The notes under the pieces were generated by a model, which saw nothing but the letters and a program-made list of their open reading frames with translations, was not told where the DNA came from and did no database searches. A stretch of 64,000 bases of DNA, taken from NCBI RefSeq assembly GCF_051903065.1, contig NZ_CP178438.1, one strand, 5' to 3'. Numbering within the stretch: position 1 is the stretch's first letter; each line of letters starts with the position of its first letter. The DNA comes from Escherichia coli (GTDB lineage: Bacteria; Pseudomonadota; Gammaproteobacteria; Enterobacterales; Enterobacteriaceae). Both the position numbers and the translations under genes were made by a program. This document shows positions 30,727-42,294 of the stretch, piece by piece.

Positions 30727-31596
30727 ATGCGGACTCTGCAGGGCTGGTTGTTGCCGGTGTTTATGTTGCCTATGGCAGTATATGCACAAGAGGCAACGGT
30801 GAAAGAGGTGCATGACGCGCCAGCGGTGCGTGGCAGTATTATCGCCAATATGCTGCAGGAGCATGACAATCCGTTCACGCTCTATCCTTATGACACCAAC
30901 TACCTCATCTACACCCAAACCAGCGATCTGAACAAAGAAGCGATTGCCAGTTACGACTGGGCGGAAAATGCGCGTAAGGATGAAGTAAAGTTTCAGTTGA
31001 GCCTGGCATTTCCGCTGTGGCGTGGGATTTTAGGCCCGAACTCGGTGTTGGGTGCGTCTTATACGCAAAAATCCTGGTGGCAACTGTCCAATAGCGAAGA
31101 GTCTTCACCGTTTCGTGAAACCAACTACGAACCGCAATTGTTCCTCGGTTTTGCCACCGATTACCGTTTTGCAGGTTGGACGCTGCGCGATGTGGAGATG
31201 GGGTATAACCACGACTCTAACGGGCGTTCAGACCCGACCTCCCGCAGCTGGAACCGCCTTTATACTCGCCTGATGGCAGAAAACGGTAACTGGCTGGTAG
31301 AAGTGAAGCCGTGGTATGTGGTGGGTAATACTGACGATAACCCGGATATCACCAAATATATGGGTTACTACCAGCTTAAAATCGGCTATCACCTCGGTGA
31401 TGCGGTGCTCAGTGCGAAAGGACAGTACAACTGGAACACCGGCTACGGCGGCGCGGAGTTAGGCTTAAGTTACCCGATCACCAAACATGTGCGCCTTTAT
31501 ACTCAGGTTTACAGCGGCTATGGCGAATCGCTCATCGACTATAACTTCAACCAGACCCGTGTCGGTGTGGGGGTTATGCTAAACGATTTGTTTTGA
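30727..31596 (+). CDS. pldA: Outer-membrane phospholipase A, 289 aa
   Basis: Signal peptide; beta-barrel protein with C-terminal aromatic residue. Confidence 0.9.
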   Translation: MRTLQGWLLPVFMLPMAVYAQEATVKEVHDAPAVRGSIIANMLQEHDNPFTLYPYDTNYLIYTQTSDLNKEAIASYDWAENARKDEVKFQLSLAFPLWRGILGPNSVLGASYTQKSWWQLSNSEESSPFRETNYEPQLFLGFATDYRFAGWTLRDVEMGYNHDSNGRSDPTSRSWNRLYTRLMAENGNWLVEVKPWYVVGNTDDNPDITKYMGYYQLKIGYHLGDAVLSAKGQYNWNTGYGGAELGLSYPITKHVRLYTQVYSGYGESLIDYNFNQTRVGVGVMLNDLF

Positions 31597-31680
31597 TGAA
31601 CGGTTGAGTGGTTGGCAAATCTGGAATCCAGCATCCAGGATTACCCTCTCAGAGACTAAAAGCATTGCAGTTTCTCGCGC

Positions 31681-31710
31681 AGGCGCTGAAAATAGCGCCT
31701 GTTTTTATTT
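31681..31710 (+). terminator. Rho-independent terminator after pldA
   Basis: aggcgct gaaaat agcgcct followed by GTTTTTATTT. Confidence 0.7.
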
Positions 31711-31728
31711 CAGGCAATCGGGGTGAAT

Positions 31729-33558
31729 GTGGCGCAGGCGGAAGTGTTGAATCTGGAGTCCGGAGCTAAACAGGTTTTACAAGAAACCTTTGGCTACCAA
31801 CAGTTTCGCCCCGGCCAGGAAGAAATTATCGACACTGTGCTTTCCGGTCGCGATTGCCTGGTCGTCATGCCCACCGGTGGCGGAAAATCCCTTTGCTATC
31901 AAATTCCTGCCTTATTGCTAAACGGCCTTACCGTGGTTGTTTCACCGCTGATTTCGTTGATGAAAGATCAGGTGGATCAACTGCAAGCCAACGGCGTGGC
32001 GGCGGCGTGCCTTAACTCGACGCAAACCCGCGAACAGCAACTTGAAGTGATGACAGGCTGCCGCACCGGGCAAATTCGTCTGCTTTATATCGCCCCGGAA
32101 CGCCTGATGCTGGATAACTTTCTTGAGCATCTGGCGCACTGGAATCCGGTGTTATTAGCCGTTGATGAAGCGCACTGTATCTCCCAATGGGGCCACGATT
32201 TCCGCCCGGAATATGCCGCGCTCGGTCAGTTGCGCCAGCGGTTCCCGACGCTGCCGTTTATGGCGCTGACCGCCACAGCCGACGACACCACGCGCCAGGA
32301 TATCGTGCGCCTGCTGGGGCTGAACGATCCGCTGATTCAAATCAGCAGTTTTGACCGTCCGAATATTCGCTACATGCTGATGGAGAAATTCAAACCGCTC
32401 GATCAGTTGATGCGCTACGTGCAGGAACAGCGCGGTAAGTCCGGCATTATCTACTGCAACAGCCGGGCGAAAGTAGAAGACACCGCTGCGCGCCTGCAAA
32501 GCAAGGGTATTAGCGCGGCGGCCTATCATGCCGGGCTGGAAAATAATGTCCGCGCCGACGTGCAGGAGAAATTCCAGCGCGATGACCTGCAAATTGTGGT
32601 GGCGACGGTGGCGTTCGGCATGGGCATCAATAAACCAAACGTTCGCTTCGTGGTCCACTTTGATATTCCGCGCAATATCGAATCCTATTATCAGGAAACC
32701 GGTCGCGCCGGGCGTGATGGCCTGCCTGCGGAAGCGATGCTGTTTTACGATCCGGCTGATATGGCGTGGCTGCGCCGTTGTCTGGAAGAGAAGCCGCAGG
32801 GGCAGTTGCAGGATATCGAGCGCCATAAACTCAATGCGATGGGCGCTTTTGCCGAAGCGCAAACTTGCCGTCGTCTGGTGCTGCTGAACTACTTTGGCGA
32901 AGGGCGGCAGGAGCCGTGCGGGAACTGCGATATCTGCCTCGATCCGCCGAAACAATACGATGGTTCAACCGATGCTCAGATTGCCCTTTCCACCATTGGT
33001 CGTGTGAATCAGCGGTTTGGGATGGGTTATGTGGTGGAAGTGATTCGTGGTGCTAATAACCAGCGTATCCGCGACTATGGTCATGACAAACTGAAAGTCT
33101 ATGGCATGGGCCGTGATAAAAGCCATGAACATTGGGTGAGCGTGATCCGCCAGCTGATTCACCTCGGCCTGGTGACGCAAAATATAGCCCAGCATTCTGC
33201 CCTACAACTGACAGAGGCCGCGCGCCCGGTGCTGCGCGGCGAATCCTCTTTGCAACTTGCCGTGCCGCGTATCGTGGCGCTCAAACCGAAAGCGATGCAG
33301 AAATCGTTCGGCGGCAACTATGATCGCAAACTGTTCGCCAAATTACGCAAACTGCGTAAATCGATTGCCGATGAAAGTAATGTCCCGCCGTACGTGGTGT
33401 TTAACGACGCAACCTTGATTGAGATGGCTGAACAGATGCCGATCACCGCCAGCGAAATGCTCAGCGTTAACGGCGTTGGGATGCGCAAGCTGGAACGCTT
33501 TGGTAAACCGTTTATGGCGCTGATTCGTGCGCATGTCGATGGCGACGACGAAGAGTAG
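31729..33558 (+). CDS. recQ: ATP-dependent DNA helicase RecQ, 609 aa, GTG start
   Basis: Product [14 protein letters not shown]...; DEAH motif ([14 protein letters not shown]); C-terminal HRDC region; the track ORF starts two codons upstream at another GTG. Confidence 0.9.
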
Positions 33559-33621
33559 TCAGCAGCATAAAAAAGTGCCAGGATGAAGACTCCGTAAACG
33601 TTTCCCCCGCGAGTCAAATGT

Positions 33622-34242
33622 ATGTTGATGTTATTTCTCACCGTCGCCATGGTGCACATTGTGGCGCTTATGAGTCCCGGTCCCGATTTCTTTTTTGTCT
33701 CTCAGACCGCTGTCAGTCGTTCCCGTAAAGAAGCGATGATGGGCGTGCTGGGTATTACCTGCGGCGTTATGGTTTGGGCAGGGATTGCGTTGCTTGGCCT
33801 GCATTTGATTATCGAAAAAATGGCCTGGCTGCATACGCTGATTATGGTTGGCGGTGGCCTGTATCTCTGCTGGATGGGTTACCAGATGCTGCGCGGCGCG
33901 CTGAAAAAAGAGGCGGTTTCTGCACCTGCGCCACAGGTCGAGCTGGCGAAAAGTGGGCGCAGTTTCCTGAAAGGTTTACTGACCAATCTCGCTAATCCGA
34001 AAGCGATTATCTACTTTGGCTCGGTGTTCTCATTGTTTGTCGGTGATAACGTTGGCACTACCGCGCGCTGGGGCATTTTTGCGCTGATCATTGTCGAAAC
34101 ACTGGCGTGGTTTACCGTCGTTGCCAGCCTGTTTGCCCTGCCGCAAATGCGCCGTGGTTATCAACGTCTGGCGAAGTGGATTGATGGTTTTGCCGGGGCG
34201 TTATTTGCCGGATTTGGCATTCATTTGATTATTTCGCGGTGA
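33622..34242 (+). CDS. rhtC: Threonine efflux protein (LysE/RhtB family), 206 aa
   Basis: 6-TM LysE-type exporter; sequence matches RhtC. Confidence 0.85.
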   Translation: MLMLFLTVAMVHIVALMSPGPDFFFVSQTAVSRSRKEAMMGVLGITCGVMVWAGIALLGLHLIIEKMAWLHTLIMVGGGLYLCWMGYQMLRGALKKEAVSAPAPQVELAKSGRSFLKGLLTNLANPKAIIYFGSVFSLFVGDNVGTTARWGIFALIIVETLAWFTVVASLFALPQMRRGYQRLAKWIDGFAGALFAGFGIHLIISR

Positions 34243-34265
34243 TGCCAGACGCGTCTTCAGAGTAA

Positions 34266-34295
34266 GTCGGATAAGGCGTTTACGCCGCATCCGAC
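34266..34295. repeat. REP element between convergent rhtC and rhtB
   Basis: gtcggataaggcgtttacgccgcatccgac. Confidence 0.75.
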
Positions 34296-34303
34296 ATTAT
34301 TTT

Positions 34304-34924
34304 TCACGCATGCCTCGCCGATGCTAACAGCGCTCCCACCAGCATAAACAACGAGCCGAAAATCTTATTCAGCGCCTTCATCTGCTTTGGTCCTTTAATC
34401 CATAGAGCAATCCGTTGAGCAAGGGTGGCGTAACCGATCATCACAATAATATCGACCACAATAGTGGTGACGCCGAGCACGATATACTGCATCAGTTGCG
34501 GCTGTTGCGGCATGATGAATTGCGGAAATAGCGCCGCCAGAAACACAATACTTTTGGGATTGGTGAGATTCACAAAAACTGCGCGCTGGAACAAATGTCG
34601 ACGCGATTGAGTAGAGGCCAGCGATTTAAGATCAATTGCGCCAGCGGCGCGCCATTGCTGTATTCCTAGCCAAATCAAGTAAGCCGCGCCTGCCCACTTC
34701 AACACTTCAAACGCAATCACTGAGCGGGAAAATAGCGTCCCCAACCCCACGCCAACCAGCACAATATGAATCGCCAGTCCGGTCTGAAGCCCAGCAATAG
34801 ACGCCACCGCGCCGCGATAACCGTGGTTGAGCGAGGTGGTCATAGTGTTGATTGCACCAGAGCCTGGCGACAGGCTTAAAATGATCGATGTCAGCAGGTA
34901 GGCAAACCACCATTCTAAGGTCAT
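34304..34924 (-). CDS. rhtB: Homoserine/homoserine-lactone efflux protein (LysE/RhtB family), 206 aa
   Basis: Paralogue of rhtC in convergent orientation. Confidence 0.85.
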
Positions 34925-35034
34925 GATGAACTCCCGGTGTGTCTATTTTTGTGCCACAATACGCTACTGTCGCAGCGTTGTGTCAGGCACGCTAAAAAAA
35001 ACGATTTTACGTGGTTTAAGAGGCAGATTACCCG

Positions 35035-36057
35035 ATGTTTCAGCAGCAAAAAGACTGGGAAACAAGAGAAAACGCGTTTGCTGCTTTTACCATGGGACCG
35101 CTGACTGATTTCTGGCGTCAGCGTGATGAAGCAGAGTTTACTGGTGTGGATGACATTCCGGTGCGCTTTGTCCGTTTTCGCGCACAGCACCATGACCGGG
35201 TGGTAGTCATCTGCCCGGGGCGTATTGAGAGCTACGTAAAATATGCGGAACTGGCCTACGATTTGTTCCATTTGGGGTTTGATGTCTTAATCATCGACCA
35301 TCGCGGGCAGGGACGTTCCGGTCGCCTGTTAGCCGATCCGCATCTCGGGCATGTTAATCGCTTTAATGATTATGTTGATGATCTGGCGGCATTCTGGCAA
35401 CAGGAGGTCCAGCCCGGTCCGTGGCGTAAACGCTATATACTGGCACATTCGATGGGCGGTGCGATCTCCACATTATTTCTGCAACGCCATCCAGGTGTAT
35501 GTGACGCCATTGCGCTAACTGCGCCAATGTTTGGGATCGTGATTCGTATGCCGTCATTTATGGCACGGCAGATCCTCAACTGGGCCGAAGCGCATCCACG
35601 TTTCCGTGATGGCTATGCAATAGGCACCGGGCGCTGGCGCGCGTTGCCGTTTGCTATCAACGTACTGACCCACAGCAGACAGCGATATCGACGTAACTTA
35701 CGCTTCTATGCTGATGACCCAACGATTCGCGTCGGTGGGCCGACCTACCATTGGGTACGCGAAAGTATTCTGGCTGGCGAACAGGTGTTAGCCGGTGCGG
35801 GTGATGACGCCACGCCAACGCTTCTCTTGCAGGCTGAAGAGGAACGCGTGGTGGATAACCGCATGCATGACCGTTTTTGTGAACTCCGCACCGCCGCGGG
35901 CCATCCTGTCGAAGGAGGACGGCCGTTGGTAATTAAAGGTGCTTACCATGAGATCCTTTTTGAAAAGGACGCAATGCGCTCAGTCGCGCTCCACGCCATC
36001 GTTGATTTTTTCAACAGGCATAACTCACCCAGCGGAAACCGCTCTACAGAGGTTTAA
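35035..36057 (+). CDS. pldB: Lysophospholipase L2 (alpha/beta hydrolase), 340 aa
   Basis: GHSMGG nucleophile-elbow motif; length and position. Confidence 0.85.
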   Translation: MFQQQKDWETRENAFAAFTMGPLTDFWRQRDEAEFTGVDDIPVRFVRFRAQHHDRVVVICPGRIESYVKYAELAYDLFHLGFDVLIIDHRGQGRSGRLLADPHLGHVNRFNDYVDDLAAFWQQEVQPGPWRKRYILAHSMGGAISTLFLQRHPGVCDAIALTAPMFGIVIRMPSFMARQILNWAEAHPRFRDGYAIGTGRWRALPFAINVLTHSRQRYRRNLRFYADDPTIRVGGPTYHWVRESILAGEQVLAGAGDDATPTLLLQAEEERVVDNRMHDRFCELRTAAGHPVEGGRPLVIKGAYHEILFEKDAMRSVALHAIVDFFNRHNSPSGNRSTEV

Positions 36058-36064
36058 ATTTCTT

Positions 36065-36865
36065 ATGTACCAGGTTGTTGCGTCTGATTTAGATGGCACG
36101 TTACTTTCTCCCGACCATACGTTATCCCCTTACGCCAAAGAAACTCTGAAGCTGCTCACCGCGCGCGGCATCAACTTTGTGTTTGCGACCGGTCGTCACC
36201 ACGTTGATGTGGGGCAAATTCGCGATAATCTGGAGATTAAGTCTTACATGATTACCTCCAATGGTGCGCGCGTTCACGATCTGGATGGTAATCTGATTTT
36301 TGCTCATAACCTGGATCGCGACATTGCCAGCGATCTGTTTGGCGTAGTCAACGATAATCCGGACATCATTACTAACGTTTATCGCGACGACGAATGGTTT
36401 ATGAATCGCCATCGCCCGGAAGAGATGCGCTTTTTTAAAGAAGCGGTGTTCAAATATGCGCTGTATGAGCCTGGATTACTGGAGCCGGAAGGCGTCAGCA
36501 AAGTGTTCTTCACCTGCGATTCCCATGAACAACTGCTGCCGCTGGAGCAGGCGATTAACGCTCGTTGGGGCGATCGCGTCAACGTCAGTTTCTCTACTTT
36601 AACCTGTCTGGAAGTGATGGCGGGCGGCGTTTCAAAAGGCCATGCGCTGGAAGCGGTGGCGAAGAAACTGGGCTACAGCCTGAAGGATTGTATTGCGTTT
36701 GGTGACGGGATGAACGACGCCGAAATGCTGTCGATGGCGGGGAAAGGCTGCATTATGGGCAGTGCGCACCAGCGTCTGAAAGACCTTCATCCCGAGCTGG
36801 AAGTGATTGGTACTAATGCCGACGATGCGGTGCCGCATTATCTGCGTAAACTCTATTTATCGTAA
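36065..36865 (+). CDS. yigL: HAD-family sugar/pyridoxal phosphate phosphatase YigL, 266 aa
   Basis: Start trimmed to MYQVVASDLDGTLL (HAD motif I); the track ORF (35939) overlaps pldB. Confidence 0.85.
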   Translation: MYQVVASDLDGTLLSPDHTLSPYAKETLKLLTARGINFVFATGRHHVDVGQIRDNLEIKSYMITSNGARVHDLDGNLIFAHNLDRDIASDLFGVVNDNPDIITNVYRDDEWFMNRHRPEEMRFFKEAVFKYALYEPGLLEPEGVSKVFFTCDSHEQLLPLEQAINARWGDRVNVSFSTLTCLEVMAGGVSKGHALEAVAKKLGYSLKDCIAFGDGMNDAEMLSMAGKGCIMGSAHQRLKDLHPELEVIGTNADDAVPHYLRKLYLS

Positions 36866-36940
36866 TCGTTCTTTATTTGGTCAGTTGTCAACCTGATACT
36901 TCGCTACAATGGATACTCGTTAATCAAAGAGTTTTCCATT

Positions 36941-37840
36941 GTGGCGCTACTTATCATCACCACGATTTTGTGGGCCTTCTCCTTTAGTTTTTATGGCGAG
37001 TACCTTGCGGGGCACGTCGATAGCTATTTTGCGGTGCTGGTGCGCGTTGGCCTGGCGGCACTCGTTTTTCTGCCGTTTCTGCGTACCCGTGGCAATAGCC
37101 TGAAAACAGTAGGCCTGTATATGCTGGTGGGCGCGATGCAGCTCGGCGTGATGTATATGCTGAGTTTCCGCGCTTATCTCTACCTGACGGTTTCCGAACT
37201 GCTGCTGTTCACCGTACTGACGCCGCTCTACATCACGCTGATTTATGACATCATGAGTAAACGCCGTCTGCGCTGGGGATATGCTTTTAGTGCCTTGTTG
37301 GCGGTGATTGGTGCCGGGATTATTCGCTATGATCAGGTCACCGACCATTTCTGGACTGGCTTGTTGCTGGTGCAACTCTCCAATATCACTTTTGCCATCG
37401 GCATGGTGGGTTACAAACGCCTGATGGAAACTCGCCCGATGCCGCAGCATAACGCCTTTGCGTGGTTCTATCTTGGCGCGTTCCTGGTGGCGGTAATTGC
37501 ATGGTTCTTGCTGGGAAATGCGCAGAAAATGCCGCAAACCACGTTGCAATGGGGCATTCTGGTGTTTCTTGGCGTGGTGGCTTCCGGGATTGGCTACTTT
37601 ATGTGGAACTACGGCGCGACGCAGGTGGACGCCGGAACGCTGGGAATTATGAATAATATGCACGTTCCGGCAGGGCTGCTGGTAAACCTGGCTATCTGGC
37701 ACCAACAGCCGCACTGGCCAACGTTTATTACAGGCGCGCTGGTGATCCTGGCCTCACTGTGGGTGCATCGTAAGTGGGTCGCTCCGCGCTCTTCACAAAC
37801 GGCAGATGATCGCAGGCGTGATTGCGCGCTGAGCGAATAA
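36941..37840 (+). CDS. yigM: DMT/EamA-family membrane transporter YigM (biotin uptake, BioP), 299 aa, GTG start
   Basis: GTG at 36941; 10-TM hydrophobic product; 3' end overlaps the metR 3' end. Confidence 0.8.
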   Translation: MALLIITTILWAFSFSFYGEYLAGHVDSYFAVLVRVGLAALVFLPFLRTRGNSLKTVGLYMLVGAMQLGVMYMLSFRAYLYLTVSELLLFTVLTPLYITLIYDIMSKRRLRWGYAFSALLAVIGAGIIRYDQVTDHFWTGLLLVQLSNITFAIGMVGYKRLMETRPMPQHNAFAWFYLGAFLVAVIAWFLLGNAQKMPQTTLQWGILVFLGVVASGIGYFMWNYGATQVDAGTLGIMNNMHVPAGLLVNLAIWHQQPHWPTFITGALVILASLWVHRKWVAPRSSQTADDRRRDCALSE

Positions 37841-38681
37841 ACGCTTCTGTAATCGGCTGACGCTGCTCGCCATCGCGCACGGCGGCGTACAGTCGGCTCC
37901 ACAAGCCTTCGCCCAGGGTTTTGGTCACCACCAGACCCTGGCGCTCAAAACTCTCTACTACCCAATGCGGCAGGGCGGCAATACCCATCCGCGCGGCAAC
38001 CATCTGAATCAACAATAAGGTGTTATCGACGCTTTTCAGTGACGGGCTGACGCCTGCCGGCTGAAGAAAATGCCGCCAGACATCCAGTCGGCTACGCTGC
38101 ACCGGATAAATCAACAGCGTCTCGCTGGCGAGATCTTCCGGTGTAATACGCGTTTTTGCCGCCAATGGATGGTCAGGTGCTAACACCAGGCGTACTTCAT
38201 AGTCGAACATCGACGAATAATGCAGGCCACTGCGCGGCAGAATATCGGAGGTCATCACCAGATCCAGCTCGCCCTGTTGCAACGCGGGCTGCGGGTCAAA
38301 CGTCACGCCCGATTTAAAATCCATCTCTACCTGCGGCCAGTTCTTATGGAAATTTTCTAACGCGGGCGTCAGCCACTGAATACAGCTATGGCACTCAATG
38401 GCAATGCGCAGACGTGTCTGCTGCGGTTCATTGCAGGCTTGCAGTGCCTGGCTGATTTGCGGCAGCACCTGGTTTGCCAGTTGCAACAGGATTTCTCCCT
38501 GCGGTGTAAAGCGTAGCGGCTGGCTCTTACGCACAAAGAGCCGGAAGCCAAGGCGTTGTTCCAGATCGCTAAACTGGTGAGACAGGGCGGATTGCGTCTG
38601 ATGCAACGTCGCCGCAGCGGCTGCGAGCGAGCCGCAGTTCCGCAACGCTTGTAGCGTTTTCAGGTGTTTTACTTCGATCAT
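37728..38681 (-). CDS. metR: LysR-type transcriptional regulator MetR, 317 aa
   Basis: N-terminal HTH ([23 protein letters not shown]); divergent from metE. Confidence 0.9.
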   Translation of the reverse strand: MIEVKHLKTLQALRNCGSLAAAAATLHQTQSALSHQFSDLEQRLGFRLFVRKSQPLRFTPQGEILLQLANQVLPQISQALQACNEPQQTRLRIAIECHSCIQWLTPALENFHKNWPQVEMDFKSGVTFDPQPALQQGELDLVMTSDILPRSGLHYSSMFDYEVRLVLAPDHPLAAKTRITPEDLASETLLIYPVQRSRLDVWRHFLQPAGVSPSLKSVDNTLLLIQMVAARMGIAALPHWVVESFERQGLVVTKTLGEGLWSRLYAAVRDGEQRQPITEAFIRSARNHACDHLPFVKSAERPTYDAPTVRPGSPARL

Positions 38682-38742
38682 GAAAGTCCTTCACTTCGGC
38701 ATGAATAATTTGCGCTTGAGGAATATACAGTAACCGCCAATT

Positions 38743-38766
38743 ATGGATGTGTAAACATCTGGACGG
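38743..38766. promoter_or_regulatory. Candidate MetJ operator (tandem met boxes) in the metR-metE divergent promoter region
   Basis: Tandem 8-mers AAACATCT GGACGGCT AAAATCCT, each 4-6/8 to the AGACGTCT met-box consensus. Confidence 0.5.
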
Positions 38767-38916
38767 CTAAAATCCTTCGTCTTTTAAATTTATGGTGCGT
38801 TGGCTGCGTTTCTCCACCCCGGTCACTTACTTCAGTAAGCTCCCGGGGATGAATAAACTTGCCGCCTTCCCTAAATTCAAAATCCATAGGATTTACATAT
38901 AATTAGAGGAAGAAAA

Positions 38917-41178
38917 ATGACAATATTGAATCACACCCTCGGTTTCCCTCGCGTTGGCCTGCGTCGCGAGCTGAAAAAAGCGCAAGAGAGTTATTGGGCG
39001 GGGAACTCCACGCGTGAAGAACTGCTGGCGGTAGGGCGTGAATTGCGTGCTCGTCACTGGGATCAACAAAAGCAAGCGGGTATCGACCTGCTGCCGGTGG
39101 GCGATTTTGCCTGGTACGATCATGTACTGACCACCAGTCTGCTGCTGGGTAACGTTCCGGCGCGTCATCAGAACAAAGATGGTTCGGTAGATATCGACAC
39201 CCTGTTCCGTATTGGTCGTGGACGTGCGCCGACTGGCGAACCTGCGGCGGCAGCGGAAATGACCAAATGGTTTAACACCAACTATCACTACATGGTGCCG
39301 GAGTTCGTTAAAGGCCAACAGTTCAAACTGACCTGGACGCAGCTGCTGGAGGAAGTGGACGAGGCGCTGGCGCTGGGCCACAAGGTGAAACCTGTGCTGC
39401 TGGGGCCGGTTACCTGGCTGTGGCTGGGGAAAGTGAAAGGTGAACAGTTTGATCGCCTGAGCCTGCTGAACGACATTCTGCCGGTTTATCAGCAAGTGCT
39501 GGCAGAACTGGCGAAACGCGGTATTGAGTGGGTACAGATCGACGAGCCCGCGCTGGTACTGGAACTACCACAGGCGTGGCTGGACGCATACAAACCCGCT
39601 TACGACGCGCTCCAGGGACAGGTGAAACTGCTGCTGACCACCTATTTTGAAGGCGTAACGCCAAATCTCGACACGATTACTGCGCTGCCTGTTCAGGGGC
39701 TGCATGTGGACCTTGTACATGGTAAAGATGACGTTGTTGAACTGCACAAGCGCCTGCCTTCTGACTGGCTGCTGTCTGCGGGTCTGATCAATGGTCGTAA
39801 CGTCTGGCGCGCCGATCTTACTGAGAAATATGCGCAAATTAAGGACATTGTCGGCAAACGTGATTTGTGGGTGGCATCTTCCTGCTCGTTGCTGCACAGC
39901 CCCATCGACCTGAGCGTGGAAACGCGTCTTGATGCAGAAGTGAAAAGCTGGTTTGCCTTCGCCCTACAAAAATGCCATGAACTGGCACTGCTGCGCGATG
40001 CGCTGAACAGTGGTGACACGGCAGCTCTGGCAGAGTGGAGCGCCCCAATTCAGGCGCGTCGTCACTCTACTCGTGTACATAATCCGGCGGTAGAAAAGCG
40101 TCTGGCGGCGATCACCGCCCAGGACAGCCAGCGTGCGAATGTCTATGAAGTGCGTGCTGAAGCCCAGCGTGCGCGTTTTAAACTGCCAGCGTGGCCGACC
40201 ACCACGATTGGTTCCTTCCCGCAAACCACGGAAATTCGTACCCTGCGTCTGGATTTCAAAAAGGGCAATCTCGACGCCAATAACTACCGCACGGGCATTG
40301 CGGAACATATCAGGCAGGCCATTGTTGAACAGGAACGTTTGGGACTGGATGTGCTGGTACATGGCGAGGCCGAGCGTAATGACATGGTGGAATACTTTGG
40401 CGAGCACCTCGACGGGTTTGTCTTTACGCAAAACGGTTGGGTACAGAGCTACGGTTCCCGCTGCGTGAAGCCACCGATTGTTATTGGTGACGTTAGTCGC
40501 CCGGCACCGATTACCGTGGAGTGGGCGAAGTATGCGCAATCGCTGACTGATAAACCGGTGAAAGGGATGCTGACTGGCCCGGTGACCATTCTCTGCTGGT
40601 CGTTCCCGCGTGAAGATGTCAGCCGTGAAACTATCGCCAAACAAATTGCGCTGGCGCTGCGTGATGAAGTGGCGGACCTGGAAGCCGCAGGAATTGGCAT
40701 CATCCAGATTGATGAACCGGCGCTGCGCGAAGGTTTACCGCTGCGTCGTAGCGACTGGGATGCATATCTCCAGTGGGGCGTGGAGGCCTTCCGTATCAAC
40801 GCCGCCGTGGCGAAAGATGACACACAAATCCACACTCACATGTGTTATTGCGAGTTCAACGACATCATGGATTCGATTGCGGCACTGGATGCAGACGTCA
40901 TCACCATCGAAACCTCGCGTTCCGACATGGAGTTGCTGGAGTCGTTTGAAGAGTTTGATTATCCGAATGAAATCGGTCCAGGCGTCTATGACATTCACTC
41001 GCCAAACGTACCGAGCGTAGAATGGATTGAAGCCTTGCTGAAGAAAGCGGCAAAACGCATTCCGGCAGAGCGCCTGTGGGTCAACCCGGACTGTGGCCTG
41101 AAAACGCGCGGCTGGCCAGAAACCCGCGCGGCACTGGCGAACATGGTGCAGGCGGCGCAGAACTTGCGTCGGGGGTAA
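38917..41178 (+). CDS. metE: Cobalamin-independent methionine synthase, 753 aa
   Basis: Product [27 protein letters not shown]...; length 753 aa. Confidence 0.95.
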   Translation: MTILNHTLGFPRVGLRRELKKAQESYWAGNSTREELLAVGRELRARHWDQQKQAGIDLLPVGDFAWYDHVLTTSLLLGNVPARHQNKDGSVDIDTLFRIGRGRAPTGEPAAAAEMTKWFNTNYHYMVPEFVKGQQFKLTWTQLLEEVDEALALGHKVKPVLLGPVTWLWLGKVKGEQFDRLSLLNDILPVYQQVLAELAKRGIEWVQIDEPALVLELPQAWLDAYKPAYDALQGQVKLLLTTYFEGVTPNLDTITALPVQGLHVDLVHGKDDVVELHKRLPSDWLLSAGLINGRNVWRADLTEKYAQIKDIVGKRDLWVASSCSLLHSPIDLSVETRLDAEVKSWFAFALQKCHELALLRDALNSGDTAALAEWSAPIQARRHSTRVHNPAVEKRLAAITAQDSQRANVYEVRAEAQRARFKLPAWPTTTIGSFPQTTEIRTLRLDFKKGNLDANNYRTGIAEHIRQAIVEQERLGLDVLVHGEAERNDMVEYFGEHLDGFVFTQNGWVQSYGSRCVKPPIVIGDVSRPAPITVEWAKYAQSLTDKPVKGMLTGPVTILCWSFPREDVSRETIAKQIALALRDEVADLEAAGIGIIQIDEPALREGLPLRRSDWDAYLQWGVEAFRINAAVAKDDTQIHTHMCYCEFNDIMDSIAALDADVITIETSRSDMELLESFEEFDYPNEIGPGVYDIHSPNVPSVEWIEALLKKAAKRIPAERLWVNPDCGLKTRGWPETRAALANMVQAAQNLRRG

Positions 41179-41185
41179 AATCCAA

Positions 41186-41216
41186 ACCGGGTGGTAATAC
41201 CACCCGGTCTTTTCTC
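41186..41216. terminator. Bidirectional terminator between convergent metE and ysgA
   Basis: accgggtgg taat accacccggt followed by CTTTTCTC; opposite strand followed by a T-rich tract. Confidence 0.65.
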
Positions 41217-41217
41217 A

Positions 41218-42033
41218 TTACAGCGACTTCTTCCCACCATACTGCTTAAACCATTCCAGCATACGCTGCCAGCCATCTTTCGCAGATTCGGCATGATAGC
41301 TCGGGCGATAATCAGCGTTGAATGCATGCCCGGCGTCCGGGTACACGATAATCTCTGCTTTCGCATTAGCAGCCCGCAGCGCCTGGCGCATGGTTTCAAC
41401 GCTCTCCTGCGGAATACTGTTATCCAGACCGCCATATAAGCCGAGAACCGGCGCGTTAAGATCGGTTGCGATATCAACAGGTTGTTTCGGTGAATTCAGC
41501 GACTTATCGCCCGTCAGTTTGCCGTACCACGCCACTGCGGCTTTTAGCTGTGGATTATGCGCGGCATACAGCCAAGTGATACGTCCACCCCAGCAGAATC
41601 CGGTGATCATTAAACGATGAACATCGCCGCCGTTGCGGGAAGCCCAACTGGCGACATGATCGAGATCGGCCAGCACCTGCGAGTCAGGCACTTTTGCTAC
41701 CAGACCGCTAAGCAACGTGGGGATATCGGCAAAATCATTCGGATCGCCTTCGCGGAAGTAAAGTTCAGGTGCGATAGCCAGATACCCCTCCAGCGCCAGA
41801 CGGCGACAAATGTCGCGGATATGTTCATGCACGCCAAAAATTTCCTGCACTACAATGACCACTGGCAGTGGGCCATCGCTTTGCTTTGGTCTGGCATGGT
41901 AAGCAGGCATGTTATCCCCTTGTGAAGGGATAGAGGTGAAGCCCGCCACAATCGCGTCGTCCGGGGTCTGAACGATGGTCGAAGCGAGAGGCGATGCAGC
42001 AGGTGCAAATCCAGATTGTTGTGTTGTTGCCAT
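41218..42033 (-). CDS. ysgA: Dienelactone-hydrolase-family protein YsgA, 271 aa
   Basis: Start trimmed to [14 protein letters not shown]; alpha/beta hydrolase. Confidence 0.8.
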   Translation of the reverse strand: MATTQQSGFAPAASPLASTIVQTPDDAIVAGFTSIPSQGDNMPAYHARPKQSDGPLPVVIVVQEIFGVHEHIRDICRRLALEGYLAIAPELYFREGDPNDFADIPTLLSGLVAKVPDSQVLADLDHVASWASRNGGDVHRLMITGFCWGGRITWLYAAHNPQLKAAVAWYGKLTGDKSLNSPKQPVDIATDLNAPVLGLYGGLDNSIPQESVETMRQALRAANAKAEIIVYPDAGHAFNADYRPSYHAESAKDGWQRMLEWFKQYGGKKSL

Positions 42034-42294
42034 GGTATTCTCCGTACCCTTATAAAAATGTTGCGCAATGTTAACTATAGTCAGCATGCAACAAATCACA
42101 TTGCCTGAATCGGCTCATCTTTTATGCAGTCCTGCAGAATGAAGAGTGATTTATGTGATTTGCATCACTTTTGGTGGGTAAATTTATGCAACGCATTTGC
42201 GTCATGGTGATGAGTATCACGAAAAAATGTTAAACCCTTCGGTAAAGTGTCTTTTTGCTTCTTCTGACTAAACCGATTCACAGAGGAGTTGTAT

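Noticed and set aside
31600-31680. Possible LexA box upstream of recQ (ctggaatccagcatccag)
   Set aside because: The spacing and right half-site do not fit CTG-N10-CAG; not supported
32155-32955. 266-aa minus-strand ORF antisense to recQ (similar cases: 1029-1430, 4181-4801, 36947-37714, 39964-40644, 42340-43014, 56918-57904, 59856-60404)
   Set aside because: Each is fully embedded antisense in a well-supported conserved gene; products are Arg/His-rich without recognisable domains; typical shadow ORFs of GC-rich coding DNA
35939-36064. N-terminal 42-codon extension of yigL overlapping the pldB 3' end
   Set aside because: The extension has no RBS logic and overlaps pldB; the ATG at 36065 gives the canonical HAD motif-I N-terminus (MYQVVASDLDGTLL)
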